From contig JAAOMT010000718.1 in the NCBI GenBank assembly GCA_016748015.1, forward strand, positions 648,586-712,585: 64,000 nucleotides of DNA, in the 5' to 3' direction. Positions within the stretch are counted from its first letter, which is position 1, and each line of letters starts with the position of its first letter. Of this stretch, positions 50,586 through 63,996 are shown piece by piece. The notes under the pieces are model-generated. The model had not been told where the DNA came from. It did not search any database and was given only the letters and a program-made list of their open reading frames with translations. This stretch comes from Geosiphon pyriformis uo1. Lineage: Eukaryota; Fungi; Glomeromycota. A program made the position numbers and the translations under genes.

Positions 50586-53217
50586 TCATCAAAATCATCA
50601 AAATCAACATCAACATACTTCTTCCACTTCTTCTACCTCCTCCTCTTCTTCATCAAGTACTAGTGTTGGTAATGGTGTTGGTGTCTCAAGTATTCGAGAA
50701 AGTAACGAATCAATTTTATTACCTGATGACGAAAATGAACAAGAATATCCTACGGGAACTATCACGTCGGCACAAGCAGCAGCAGGGTTGGCTACAGTAC
50801 CTGAACATGATGTGATGGGAATTGATTCGGTTTCCATCTCATCAGCAACGCAATCATCTACAATAATTGGAGATCAGAGTAGCACTCATGACTATGACTC
50901 ATCCGTTTCATCCTTGACCGAAACTGAATCATCAACAAGGGTTAATCTAGGTCGTTCATATACGACTAATAGTCGTCTTCGTTCTACTAGCTCGGCTTCT
51001 ATATCAGCTCACGAAGCTTCCAACGCACCATCAAATCAAAACTATCCTCCCCCTCTTCATCGTTCTCATACGCAACCCATACAAGGCGCTTCTACCTCAG
51101 CCGAATATTCAAATTCCTCGTCATCAACAAATTCCGCTCCCGGTTCCCTGAAGACACCTGGCGCTCGATCACCCCGAGATAAAAAAGTTCAAAAATTTTT
51201 CGGAGAAGATTCAATTCCAACGGCATTACAAGCGTCACGACAACGTGAGGATAAACCTTGGTTTTTGAATTATGATTATGATCCACAAGACATCATATTC
51301 AACATGGAAGGTCATGTAAAAGGTGCCACTTTAATGGCATTGGTGGAACGATTAACGATGCACGATTTACTGGATAGTAGTTTTATTGCCACCTTCTTAT
51401 TGACCTATCGCTCGTTCACGACTACCGATGAGTTTTTTGCCATGTTGGTAAAACGATTCATGATTCAACCACCCGAAAATCTTACACCCGAAGAGGCAGA
51501 AATTTGGCAAGAAAAGAAACAAATCCCTGTTCGATTAAGGGTCTTCAATATCATGAAGAGTTGGTTGGAAAATTTTTATATTGACGATCAGGATTCACAT
51601 TGTTTGGAACGGATGCGTCACTTTGCTCAGAATATCATGCATGAGCACATGGTTTTACCAACCGTGAATTTGATTAAAGTAATTGAAAAGAGGGTATGCA
51701 ATCAATTTTTCAAATGTATGAAAAGAGTTGGGGATTATAGGTTTAGGGAATGGTTTTTTGTTTGTTTTTTGAATATTGAAATTTACACATCTTTACCCTC
51801 CATTTAAAAGCAACAACAACCAAAAGATCCTAAGTTTAGGGGGATGACGTTGACAGCTCCTGTACCACCACCCAGTTCGATTCTTCCTAAAAATATGAAA
51901 AAGCTGAAATTCTTGGATTTGGATCCACTCGAGCTCGCTCGTCAGTTAACCATAATTGAAAGCAAATTGTATAACAATATACGGGCGGTCGAATGCCTGA
52001 ACAAGGCATGGAGTAAGGATGAAGGTGGTGAGATTGCCGAGAATATCAAGGCGATGATTGTCAATAGTAATCAGGTATCTGTAAAAGTTCATTTCTTTGG
52101 ATGTGTGCACACCTTTCACGAATATACTTTTATTACGTCATGTATTAAATTTCAAAATCCATTCGCCTTCATATCAATAATACTTTACAAAATTTTCATC
52201 ACCTAATTTTTCTCAAGATCACCGGTTGGGTAGCGGAATCGATTCTGAATCAGGGCGAAGTGAGAAAACGAACGGCTCTAATAAAACATTTCGTCACCAT
52301 TGCCGATAAATGTCGTATTCTAAACAATTTCAACTCGTTAACCGCCATTATTTCTGGTCTCAATTCTGCCCCGATTCATCGACTTAAACGAACATGGGAA
52401 ATGGTCAATGCGAAAACGATACAAACTTTGGAAAGTCTCAACAAGATCATGAATTCGACGAGAAATTTCTCGGATTATCGAGAGATGTTGCACAGTGTTA
52501 ATCCACCATGTGTTCCCTTTTTGGGTGGGTTATCAATTATGATAAAATTTGGAAATATTGATTTTTAAACTCTTGAAATTTAATCTTTTGGATTACTTTT
52601 CCTTTATCCATTTCCCAACTCACACACACACACACACACATCTACTTGTATTTCAGGTGTATACCTTACCGATCTAACGTTCATTGAAGACGGTAATCCA
52701 AACATACTAAAGAAAGCTCGAACATTGATCAACTTTTCAAAACGTATGAAAACAGCTGAAGTGATTCGAGAGATACAACAATATCAATCGGTACCATATT
52801 TCTTGAACCCGGTTCAAGAAATTCAAATATTCATCAAAAGTCATCTGCAAGAGAGTAGAGATGTGAGCGACCTCTATGAACAAAGTTTAAAAATGGAACC
52901 AAGGTAATTTGTCTTTTTAATTTTTTTTAAAGGTCTCAAATTTGAGGACACCAATTTTTTCCAGTTCAACTAGTAGTCTAATAGATTTTCATGTGAGCTA
53001 CGATTTTCAATGTATAATTTTGTTCATTTTTATTTTTATTTTAAACATCAATTACAACACTAACAACAACGACAACAAACTTCGTCTTCATCATCATCAT
53101 CAACATCATCATCATCATCATCAACATCGTCGTCGTGATCATCTCCTTTTCAACTTTCCCAGGGAACGTGAGGATGAAAAAATTGCACGGCTACTTCAGG
53201 AGTCAGGTTTCCTATGA
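47309..53217 (+). CDS. CDC25: Ras guanine nucleotide exchange factor (SH3, 3 WW-like, REM, RasGEF), Cdc25/Ste6 family
   Basis: SH3 (VRALYDF...SGWWDG...RGWFPSNYV), WW motifs, REM (GATLMALVERLT...FLLTYRSF), GEF ([42 protein letters not shown]), C-terminus RLLQESGFL. Confidence 0.95.
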
Positions 53218-53975
53218 AGCGAAGCCAGAAACCCATTTACCAGCGTGAGCTAGTTATCTGGATTCCACTCCACGAAAAATGAACAATCGTGACAAGAATT
53301 AAAGACATTTATGTGTTTTTACATATACCACCCATGCATCATCACATCCCGGCAAAGTATTTTATTTCTTCTAATTTCTGACTTGAATATTATTCTACAA
53401 CCCACGAAAAACACATGGATTAATTTCATCTCTACCAAATTAATTTGTCCGCATCTTTGATGATGAAGCAGTGTCGAACTTTTTTAAAAATATATCAAAT
53501 CCAAATTTATCATAAATAATTTATTACCACCATCATCACATTTACGCTCTTCCGTGTTATTAAAATTGATTTTTTTTGTAACTTAACAAAAAAGCGGTTT
53601 TTGATTTCTTTTAACTATTACAAAAACACTCGCAATAACTCTTACAAATTACTTTGAAAATTAACACCACCCTTAATGTTATAAGTTTTTCCCGTCTTTA
53701 AATGATTCCATGCCTTGTTTTATTTCAAATAAAAAATTTTCTCGACACCGCTCACAATCACCCTCTCATCAGCAGTATTGCTGAAGACACGTTCAACGAC
53801 AAACTTCATCATCATCATCCCAACCTTTACTCTATCAGTTATTTGATCATTTTGTGCTAGCCACATTTTCACCATGATTAAATGTAAAAAAAAAAAAGAC
53901 ACTCCTTACAATTTCTCTTGATTTCTGGAACAATCAAGAAAACTCCTATTAAAAATTTTGGAGTTGTAGAATTCA

Positions 53976-53985
53976 TCATCATTAC

Positions 53986-54031
<46 letters not shown>
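53976..54031. repeat. (CAT)n microsatellite
   Basis: Direct reading. Confidence 0.9.
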
Positions 54032-54032
<1 letters not shown>

Positions 54033-54335
54033 CTATTCTTTTTTGTACCATTTCTTTTAATCACTTATAAATAGATACATAAATAAAAATTTTTGGTTAT
54101 GAATTTTCTTTAACCTCTACTTTCCTTGTTAAAAAAATGTAATTATAAATATATATATATATATATACATACACACATACCCAACGAATCTCTTGTTTTC
54201 CAAAATTACCTTTACCATCACTATTAAACTTACATATTCTCGCATGCATTTTTTTAATTTGGTCATTTTTGTTGGTTTAAATTTTTCATTTTTTCTACAA
54301 TATCAACCTTATTGTCACGATTATCATTATGATTA

Positions 54336-54375
<40 letters not shown>

Positions 54376-55010
54376 TACCATTATTACATATATACATAAT
54401 TCAACAAAATGCTGAAATGCATTGCAATTAAATTAAAATTTAAATGTAAGATTTTTGAAATTTTTTTTTGTCAAATTCGATCGTTTCAATTTTGGATTCT
54501 TGGTTAAAACTCCTTCCTTTTATTGGTTTCTAAGTAAAATATTACGTTAGATTAGATTGAATTGAATTGAATTGAATTGAATTATTATTATAATTATAAT
54601 TATTATTATGATTCTTATTATGATTCTTATTCTTATTCTTATTCTTATTCCTTATCATTATCATATTAATCGTTTTATCTCTTCTTTCTTTCCTTCCTTT
54701 CTTTCCTTCCTTTCTTCCTTCTTTTGCTTTCTTTTTGTATACATAAATATTATATATAAATTCTAATACTATCTTTATTCATAATTGTCTTGATTCTTTC
54801 TCTTTATTATATGTATTACATTTATTACAAATCTAAAACAAAGACAAAAGACGAAGCGTAATACACATATCGAGAATTATTGCAAATTATAATATATATT
54901 TCGTTGTTTCGTTGTTTTCAATTTTTTTTGTGATTTTTCTAAACAAGAAGTAGTTTGTGTAAATGTGTGTTAATATAAAGATAAATGATCAAAGAATCTT
55001 TTTTGTAATG

Positions 55011-55068
55011 TGTTATGTTATGTTATGTTATGTTATGTTATGTTATGTTATGTTATGTTATGCTATGT
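55011..55068. repeat. (TGTTA)n pentanucleotide repeat
   Basis: About 11 units. Confidence 0.95.
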
Positions 55069-55260
55069 TTTTTAATGTGAATGATAAATCTCAATGATAT
55101 TTAAAATATAATATGATAAATAAGTTTTTTATATTTATATTTATATTTATATATATTTTTTTTTTGCAATTTTTTTTTAAAATTAAATCAAAATAATTGG
55201 TTTTGTTAACGAAATTAATATAATGAATAAAAACATTTAATTAAATAATTTAAATCTCAC

Positions 55261-55301
<41 letters not shown>

Positions 55302-55648
55302 CATACATTATTTTAAAAACTTAACAAATCAAATAAAAAAATAAGACAAAACAACAGATTATAATTTTAAATAATATTTATTATTTGATTTATTTGAAAT
55401 TATACAATATAGTTTAATTGCAAAAATCATTAAGAATTTTTTTGAAAATTTAAACCCAATTTCAAATCTTGGCAATTTAATTCACTTCAAAATTGTAATC
55501 GAGTCCCATATTCAATTAATAGATGTAAATGTGAATTTGTTTCAATTCTAATGCTGAAAATAATATTTTCCTATCTCGTCAAACTTTATAATCAAAGCTA
55601 AAAAATTAAAGGAAAGAGTCCAAAAATATTTTTTCAATGTCAGGATTC

Positions 55649-56231
55649 CTAGCGATTTATTTCAACAGTTCCATTCAATCGTGTATATTTAGCCATAAGC
55701 TTATTACAAGATGGACACTTGTGAACACAATCCTTTAGATCATTGATACCTAAATTTCAAACGTCTAAAGTTAATATCTGCAACTCATCATTAAAAAGAC
55801 AAATTAAAATACATCAAATCCTTACAGAATGGGAATAAACAACATCCCCAACTCGTTATTCCAATAAAACATAATGCAATCGACGTTAACCAAGTAGCCG
55901 CGCCAGAGGTATACTTCACTGAACTTAGCACCGTGTTATGACAATGAGGACATACAGTAACCGCAGGACGGTCCCGGAGATCTCGTACCAAAGTTGGTGC
56001 TGGTAGAATAACAAATTCAGGTTGAGGAGAAATCATAGGTGAGTAATGAGGATTTGGAGTTGGAGTTGGACTATAATATTTTGGGACATCTGGGTAAAGT
56101 GGGGTATGTTCAGAGATTATTGGAGCTGAAGAATCTTGTGAGCCTGAAGAAACAAGAGTGTAAGGTGGAGGCGAATCTTTGGGAGGCATGGCTGGAATGT
56201 TGTCATTGTTATTATTCTTTTTGTTTGTCAT
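55649..56231 (-). CDS. LITAF/SIMPLE-domain membrane-associated zinc-ribbon protein, 2 exons
   Basis: PPPY motif, PAVTVCPHC...hydrophobic stretch...CCLFPFC, intron, then INDLKDCVHKCPSC. Confidence 0.9.
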
Positions 56232-57799
56232 GATGAATGAAATGACAGAGATCAAAAAGCTGAATTTATTCAATATCACAAAAAGAAAAAATAAAAGATG
56301 TATCTATAAATATGAAAACTGGGAGTATAACTCCGGAGATGATCAATTGCCAAGTGATGAACCTGTGACTGCCAAGTAACATCGTAAAGTGTGGCGTATG
56401 CTATAGATAAGATTATAGGCTTGGCGTTGTTTTCAATAATAATTTGTGTCGATCTTCTTACCACCCACCGGGTTTTCCTGTTGCCTATCTTTGTATCTCT
56501 TTCACCATTTGTAATTTTTTTGTTTATTAAATGTACACCCATAGTGAGAACGCCAAGGTTCCCCTTTTGTTGGCTGCCACTTCTACCAAATTTTATACAG
56601 CTCTGTCCCAACCCCATTTCACCCTTTTTATATACATGCAAAAGCTGCTGCTGCGGTAATAGCGGAGATGGAAAAGTAAAAACAGGGTTGGCAGAAATGA
56701 GGCTTGAATTTTTTGTTAATTCAAATAGTAAAATAATATGGGTCCATGATTACCAGCATAATTGTACGATTTCATGTGACTTTGTAGATCAAATATGCTG
56801 ATAAACAATAAATTCGCGAAAACGATAATCTTTGTTCTTGCCTTCCTGCGTTGTTTGTTATTGCCAACCTTAAAACATATACATTCTTTTTTCTATGTGA
56901 GTTAGGTATTTTTTTTTTTTTTTTTTACAAATATACCAATAGTTCTGTTTATGCATGAAAGTAAGCGTCTGCGACAGAGAGAGTCTGTCGGAAGCCAGAA
57001 ATGGCAAGTAATCATCCAAATGCGATGGCCGGTCTTTTGTAAAGAAACAACTCGCTTTAACAATTGTTTTATTTGTTAAATTAAAACAAGTAACTACAAT
57101 TTATTTTATTTTACTACTCTCTTGCAAGCTTATAATGAAAAACGTAAAGAAGTCCTCGCGTGGTATAACGCAGCAAGAAAGCCACATCAACTGGATTTTG
57201 GCCAACTTCGATCGCATTCTTTAGACACATATTCCCATTACATAGAGTTCAAGCAATCAACAAATATCATAATTTGCTCAACTTGGCCATAGGTCAAACA
57301 GGTGATTGGGAATTACGAGACAAACTCAATATCAAAAATGGACAACATCAAAAAATGTCTTAAAGATGAGCTTTACGAGCTCGGGGTTAAATGCATTTAT
57401 GAGCAGTAAGTACTGATTGTTTTATTGGTCCTGGGTTTTAAGGCTTTAACATTTCCCAAGTCTTCCATTATCGATAGGAATAATTAAACGTATTTTAAAG
57501 AGAAAGTACTCACGAAGCAAAATTTTAAGAGATTCGTGAATTCTAATTCAAGGCAATTCCTGAAATTCCTCGTGATATCCTGATTTACCTAATAGCTTAT
57601 CGCCTCACTGACATGTTATTCGGCCACGTTTTCTACTTGCCAGATGATGAACAGTCATAGTTTACCAAATGTAGCAATTAATAAGCCCTGAAAAACTAAT
57701 CAATAGATGGCCATTAATACAAACGTAAAGAATCAAGAAAAAAATGAAAAATATTCATTACTATTAAATGTTTTTATGGTAAAAATAGATAAAAACAGA

Positions 57800-58274
57800 T
57801 AAAATAAACCTCAATTTTACAACATTTAGATTGTTAAAATTTAACTTTTTTTTTTTAAAATGCTTTATTGAGTAGTTTAATTACACATGTTCTATAATAA
57901 ATGTGGTTTATGCACTTTTACACATATTCAGCCACCTAAACCAATGAAAACTACATTACAAAAAATCATTTTTAACCAATCAAATTTAATACATGTAATA
58001 TAATATGCATAGACTTTCTTAAATTCATAAATTCTAAGTAATTTACTCAAACATCACTTTTTAATATTTTTAAACCCAACTTATTTACATATTATCTAAA
58101 GTAATATATACAATATTATTATTAATAATTAAATTATTTTTTAAATTTTAAAATATTTTAAACTTATTATAATAAATATTGTTTACAAATTACTACATAA
58201 ATTTTATACATAATATTATTAATAAATTATTATTTTATAATAATTAATTCAAGTTATTATATTTTAAGTTAAAT

Positions 58275-58305
<31 letters not shown>

Positions 58306-58450
58306 TTGCAATAAATTTAATTAATTATTTTTTTATTCTTTGGTCAATTTAAACTATTTGTTTAAAAAATAAATTATTAATCTTTTGATTTTAAAAAACA
58401 TTACATTTAATTAACTTAATATTTTTTATTATTTAAAAAATGAAGATTGC
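57800..58450. repeat. AT-rich block, probable erased repeat relic
   Basis: Same composition as the relics that could be aligned (no CpG, long A/T runs); no parent element identified. Confidence 0.45.
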
Positions 58451-58615
58451 TAAATAAAAATACTCATGCAAAAAAATAAAGTTAATTAAATTGATCCCAA
58501 AAATTAGAATAAATCAGTGAAATCCTATTTATTATCGGCATTTAACAAGAAACTTTTTATTATCATAATAAAAAGAAGTACAAAAAGTCTCAAAAATATG
58601 TTTTAACCCATTTTG

Positions 58616-59776
58616 TTAATCAGTTGTATCAGTTTTTCTTCGCTTTCCTGGCCTTTCAATATCTAACAATCTAGCATCTTTTTCTACAATTAAACTTCTA
58701 AGCCATTTAATCTCCATTTCTAATTCCTTTACTCTACCCTCCAATAACTCTGCCTTTGTCGTCATTTCTTTAGCTGTATGTTCAAGAGCTTGTTCACGCA
58801 TTTTTTTCTTGATTCGAAATCTAGCTGAAGCTGCAGTATTTCGTCTTCTTTTATCCTCTTCAGCTGCTAATTTAGCTGTATTATTTGGATCATGATCTTT
58901 TTTGTTTTCTTCATTTTCATCTTCAACCTCAGCATCATCATCATCATCGTCATCATCATCATCCCCACCCTCATCATCTTTCTTTTCAGCCTTATTCATA
59001 TCATTGATGGGCGGCTTTGAAGTTGACGATTTTTTAGATGATGAGGCTGATTTTGAGGTAGTATTCAATGAAGATTGAGAATTAGCCGTAACCTTCTTAT
59101 TTAAACGTGGGGTTGGCCCGGCTGATTTCGCAACTGCCAAAGAATTTTTACGACTGGAATTTGAAGCTGCTGGTGATGGTGATGGTGATGGTGATGGTGA
59201 TGGTGCTGGTGCAATCTTTTGTTCAGTTTTACCTTTAGTAGTTGACGGTTTAGGCAAGATCGGCGCATTACTATTGCTTCGTACCCCAATAACACCGCCT
59301 GGCAAGGTAACAGCCGAGGTTGACAAATTTGTAGGATAAATCAATGGAAAATTAGCAGTAGTAACTGGACTGTTAGCACTCGTAGATGATGGGATTGCTA
59401 CCATTGGCTGCAAATTAGTAACAATTGGTGTTGATGTATTAGTAGCAAACGCAATAAAAGGTGTCATGCCCGCTGAGAGGACTTGTTGCGTTTGTTGAAG
59501 AGATAATTGAGGTAAAAATTCAAATCCCTGAAAATTTGTCGGAATGTTCAGAGTGACATCATCTTTAATTTTTGGAGTTTTGGGTGAAACATCAAAGTCG
59601 TCATCCAATAAACCGATCCCAGGGGGAACATCAAAAGCAAATTGAGCATTACGCCAAAAATCTAATTCGGCTGCCAACTCGTCTTGCGACAATTCCGTAG
59701 TATTGGGCTCGGGATTTAGAGCGTTAAGATGAGAAATGTAAGACGAATACGGGTTATAGCTATTGTTGGAAGACAT
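58616..59776 (-). CDS. bZIP transcription factor, MetR/Cys-3/Zip1-like (sulfur regulator family)
   Basis: AAEEDKRRRNTAASARFRIKKK followed by a leucine zipper; N-terminal ELDFWRNAQFAFD motif. Confidence 0.85.
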   Translation of the reverse strand: MSSNNSYNPYSSYISHLNALNPEPNTTELSQDELAAELDFWRNAQFAFDVPPGIGLLDDDFDVSPKTPKIKDDVTLNIPTNFQGFEFLPQLSLQQTQQVLSAGMTPFIAFATNTSTPIVTNLQPMVAIPSSTSANSPVTTANFPLIYPTNLSTSAVTLPGGVIGVRSNSNAPILPKPSTTKGKTEQKIAPAPSPSPSPSPSPAASNSSRKNSLAVAKSAGPTPRLNKKVTANSQSSLNTTSKSASSSKKSSTSKPPINDMNKAEKKDDEGGDDDDDDDDDDAEVEDENEENKKDHDPNNTAKLAAEEDKRRRNTAASARFRIKKKMREQALEHTAKEMTTKAELLEGRVKELEMEIKWLRSLIVEKDARLLDIERPGKRRKTDTTD

Positions 59777-60033
59777 TTTCACCTATATTAATATTACGTT
59801 ATTATTTTAATAAAAAGAAGAACAGAGAAAAAATGATACTGCCAATAGAACAAATTTGTCAGTAGCTAAAAAGAACAAAGTTCCTAAAACTATGATTACT
59901 AATGATTGTTCAGTTTTTGACTCGGCCAATGAACAGCCGTATAAGGAAAATTCATCAGATATATAAAAAATGGTGCAAACATATGTGTGTGATCGTGTGT
60001 CACAGCGACATCAAGACTCAATGATTTCTTACA

Positions 60034-62146
60034 ATGTTAAAAAAAATCCTTTCCCCTGCTTCACGCGCTTTGCTTCAAAAGTCCTTTACATTATCTAAGG
60101 TTTCCAACCAAGGCATGAAAGAAAGAGCATTAATCAATCATGCCGAATTTCTTTGCGAAAAATTGACAATTAAATTCCGTTTCAAAAAAATAGGAAATTG
60201 TGTATTATCAACTACGACGCGTGATCCTGGCTCAATAAAGTATTCATTATTCACGCGTTTTGTTGCTACTAAAGCACAGGTGATTGATAAACCGGTAAAA
60301 AAGGAAATTCGTTCTAGGAGAGCATTATTTTATGGTAGTATCATTTGGCTTTTTCCTGATGATTTTTAACTCTTGAATTTAAAAAAATCGTCAATTTTCT
60401 TAGTTCCAGGGAGTGAAGAAAGAAAAATAAATCGATCTCGGACCTTAAATGCAGATTGCATTGTATATGATCTGGAAGATGGGGTCGCATACAATAGAAA
60501 GGGGATAGCGAGAGAAATGGTGTTCGATACATTAGAGGTAATTTTATCTCAAAGATCCTCATTCATCTCGTGCGAAATCTAGAATTGACTTTATAACTAT
60601 ATTAAGGCATCTGAACCAGGATTGTCAGAAAAAGCTGTTCGAATTAATGCTGTTGGCTCAGGTATTTTTGACTTCAAAGTTATTTGATTGATTATTTTCA
60701 TCTATTCTGCACTATAATTTAAACACCCAACTACTTTAGGTCTGGATTTAGATGACCTGAATGTAGTGGTGAGTTTAGACCTCGAAATATTTTCTTTCTT
60801 TAACTTCACTCACACAATTATACTCATTTCCTTTTAATTAGCTACGCTCTAAACACTTGCAAGCTATAGTTATTCCTAAAGTACAAACACCAAAAGATAT
60901 TCAATTTGTTAGTAGAATGATCGATTCTGTCGCTATAGATACGACGTAAGTCATAGATAAAACCTCATTTAATACTATTTTAGAATATTAACCCTATTTA
61001 AACCGTTTCTAGTCAATCCAACATTCGCCTTATAGCCTCCATTGAAAGTGCACTAGGTATCATGAACATTAAAGAAATTGCGATATCTGATCCGCGGTTA
61101 GACGCATTAATTGTAAGATTTGTTTAACTTTTTTGATCTAGAGTAATGAAATTCTTCAACTTAACTCTAATCTAGTAACAGTTCTTTCTTATTTATCCTT
61201 AAAATTTTCATATCTAGTTTGCAGCCGAAGATTATTGTGCAGACCTAGGCAAGCCTTTTACTTATTGAATATTCACGGTCAAGTTACTTTTAAGAATATT
61301 AATTTGAGACCAACCATGTGTTCAACTCGACTCAACTCAATTTTCAAGGCTTAATTCGCACTTCTTCACGCAAGGAGGTAACATACGCAATTTATTAATA
61401 TTTTCATGAAACGTTTATCCTTTATGTATTCTTATATATCTGTCATCTATCACTGAAGCTTGCATATGCGCGCCAAGTTATAGTGACGGCTGCATGCGCC
61501 TATGACCTCCAAGCGATTGATTTGGTATGTTCAAATGTCCAATTTTTAATAAAATGTATAAATAATAAATCCGCATTTGTTTCTAGGTTTGTTTAGATTA
61601 TAATGATGATGCAATTCTAACCGAAGAATGTCGAGAAGGAAGAGAAATGGGGTTTCTTGGAAAGGTTTAGAAAATGAATAATTTACTAAAGATTACTAAA
61701 ATGATTTTACAGCTTACAAGTAAATAAAGTTTCATTCTAAAATTCTAAAAAAACCAGCAAGCGATTCATCCACGTCAAGTCGACATCATACAACAGACTT
61801 TCTTACCAGATGAGAAAGGTTATCCAATTGCTTCATTATTGTCGCCATTATTATTCCTTGTTACAAGTTCAGTTTATATTAACCTTTTTTTATAAAGATA
61901 TTGATAGAGCTGCTCGAATTATTAAAGGATTCAAGCATCATACACAAAAAGGAATAGGTGCTTTCAGTCTGGATGGCAAAATGTAATATCCTTTACTCTT
62001 CGAGATTTTTTTGGTTAATTCAACTTCTAATTCCACAACTTTTATCTGAATCGATTAGGATTGATCTTCCTATGGTTAAATGGGCTGAACGAATGATTAC
62101 TCGAGCTAAAGCAGGTGGCCTAACTGTTCCTACACCTAAAGAATGA
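60034..62146 (+). CDS. Citrate lyase beta-like (CLYBL; HpcH/HpaI aldolase family), mitochondrial, many small exons
   Basis: RRALFYVPGS, YDLEDGV, AVRIN, VIPKV, ASIESALG, FAAEDYCADLG, QAIDLVC, GFLGKQAIHPRQV, GAFSLDGKMIDLPMVK. Confidence 0.9.
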
Positions 62147-63169
62147 TGTCACCAATTTTTATCTATTCCTTTCGTACTTTGGTTGGCCATCCTGGAAGAT
62201 CTATTTTCTACGCTAGCTGTTTCAATAATATCTTTATTACTAGGCGGGATCTTCATCAAAGATTTATGATCTTTTTTTCTCGATTTGGTTCTTATTATTA
62301 ACAGCTCAGCAATAATTGCCTAGCCTGCTCGAGTTTGGTTATGTTTGTTCAATGTTTTTTCCCATGTTAAATGTTGGACTAATTATGGTTTTTATAATAA
62401 ATATACTTGGTGAATATTTAAAATTAAAAACCAAACTTTGTTCTATGTTTTAATGTATTACAAATTTGCAGTAATAATTATTATAATATGTTAATTGTCA
62501 AGATATATTAAAACCAAAAATTTTAATATAATAAAATAGTAAATTTTAGTTTTGAAAAAAGGTGTTTTTAATTGCAAAATGTAATTATAAATGTTATATA
62601 AATTGTAATTATTAGAACATTATTCTTTAATATTGTTAATTCTAAATTTTTAAAAATATAATTCTTTATTTTTAATAATAAAAAAACATTTAATACAAAT
62701 ATTAAATAATATTTAAATATAAAAATTTTATTATTATTAAAAAATAAATAAATTTTATTAAATTTAATATTAAAAATATAAAATAATTAAATATTTTACA
62801 TTTTGTATTATATAAAAATTTGAATTATAAAAAATAATAATATTTAAAATTAAAACTAAAATATTTTAATTTATATTTTAAAATATTATATATAATTAAA
62901 ATTAATAAAGTTTTAAATCGAAATTTTTTAAATAAAAGTTTATTAATATAATTTTAATTAACTTAAATAATAATTATATTTAATTTATTATATTATATAA
63001 AATTAATTAATAATTAAATTATATTGTATATATAATAAAAAAATACAATATTAAAAATAAATAATAATAATAATAATAATAATTTTTTACAAATTTTATT
63101 GTTTTTTTTAATTATATTAATTATATTTATATATAAATTTTTTATTATAATAAATTAAAAATAAAAAAA

Positions 63170-63955
63170 AATTTTTTTCTTATCTTTTTATAATTATAAT
63201 TAAAATAAAAAGTCATTTTTTTATTTTTTAAAGTATTTTTACTAATAACATATTTATAATTATTAAAACTGTTTAATAATATTTTATAAAAGTATTTTTT
63301 TAAAAAAAAATACTATTTTTGTTTTTAATTAAAAGTTTTTTTTTAAAAAAATTATTTAAAATAATTTCAATGTAATTTTTGTCTTATTTAAAAGTCTTAA
63401 AATATTAAATAAAAAGTTATTAACAAAGTTATTTTTTTTGGTTTTTTATTATTAATATTTAAATAATTAAAAAAACTAAAATAGCTAAAAAACAATTTTT
63501 TAATATTTTACTATAATTAATATTTTTTAAAAATACTGAAATTTTTTTTTAATATTTTAAGATTAGTTTTTTTTTGTAAAAATTAAAGTTTTAGTTTTTT
63601 CTATTCTTTTTGGCTTTTTTGTCAATTTTGTATTATTCATACTAATTATAATACTCAATTTTATTATAATTGTATATAAAAAAAAAATATTTTAAATAAT
63701 AACAATAAAAATATGTTAGCTAGTTTTAATTTAAATTAATTTTTGACTATATTATTTGATAAATTGGTTTTTAACTAATTATTATTAATTCTAAAAACAA
63801 AATAAATTATATTTTTATATATGTTTTATTTAATTAGACTATTAAATTACTAATTAAATAAAAACTAAAATAATTTTTTTATTTTATTTCTAATAATATT
63901 GTTTTTAATAATACTTAAAAAACTATTATTAATTATTAAAATTTTTTAAATAAAT

Positions 63956-63957
<2 letters not shown>
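63170..63957 (+). mobile_element. Near-completely erased 5' part of an ORF1-only element (copy H)
   Basis: 63190 ATAATTATAATTAAAATAAAAAGT equals 10768 ATGACCATGACCAGAGCAAAGAGT with only G>A/C>T changes. 63845-63957 aligns with 11380-11492 and 10360-10470. Confidence 0.75.

Positions 63958-63995
<38 letters not shown>
63958..63995 (-). repeat. T38 tract, probable poly-A tail of a young minus-strand retro-insertion extending beyond the window
   Basis: Pure homopolymer interrupting relic H, followed by GATGT at the window edge. Confidence 0.5.

Positions 63996-63996
<1 letters not shown>

Noticed and set aside
44730-55070. Tandem repeats as CRISPR or telomeric arrays
   Set aside because: No spacers, no cas genes and no TTAGGG-type arrays; these are simple microsatellites in eukaryotic DNA.
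56276-56801. Overlapping 121-aa and 136-aa ORFs upstream of LITAF
   Set aside because: Non-ATG starts and no motifs; the region more likely holds the LITAF promoter/5'UTR (TATATAAAA on the minus strand near 56630).
60034-62146. Bacterial horizontal transfer of a citE-like gene
   Set aside because: It has many spliceosomal introns and a mitochondrial-type presequence; CLYBL is a normal eukaryotic family.
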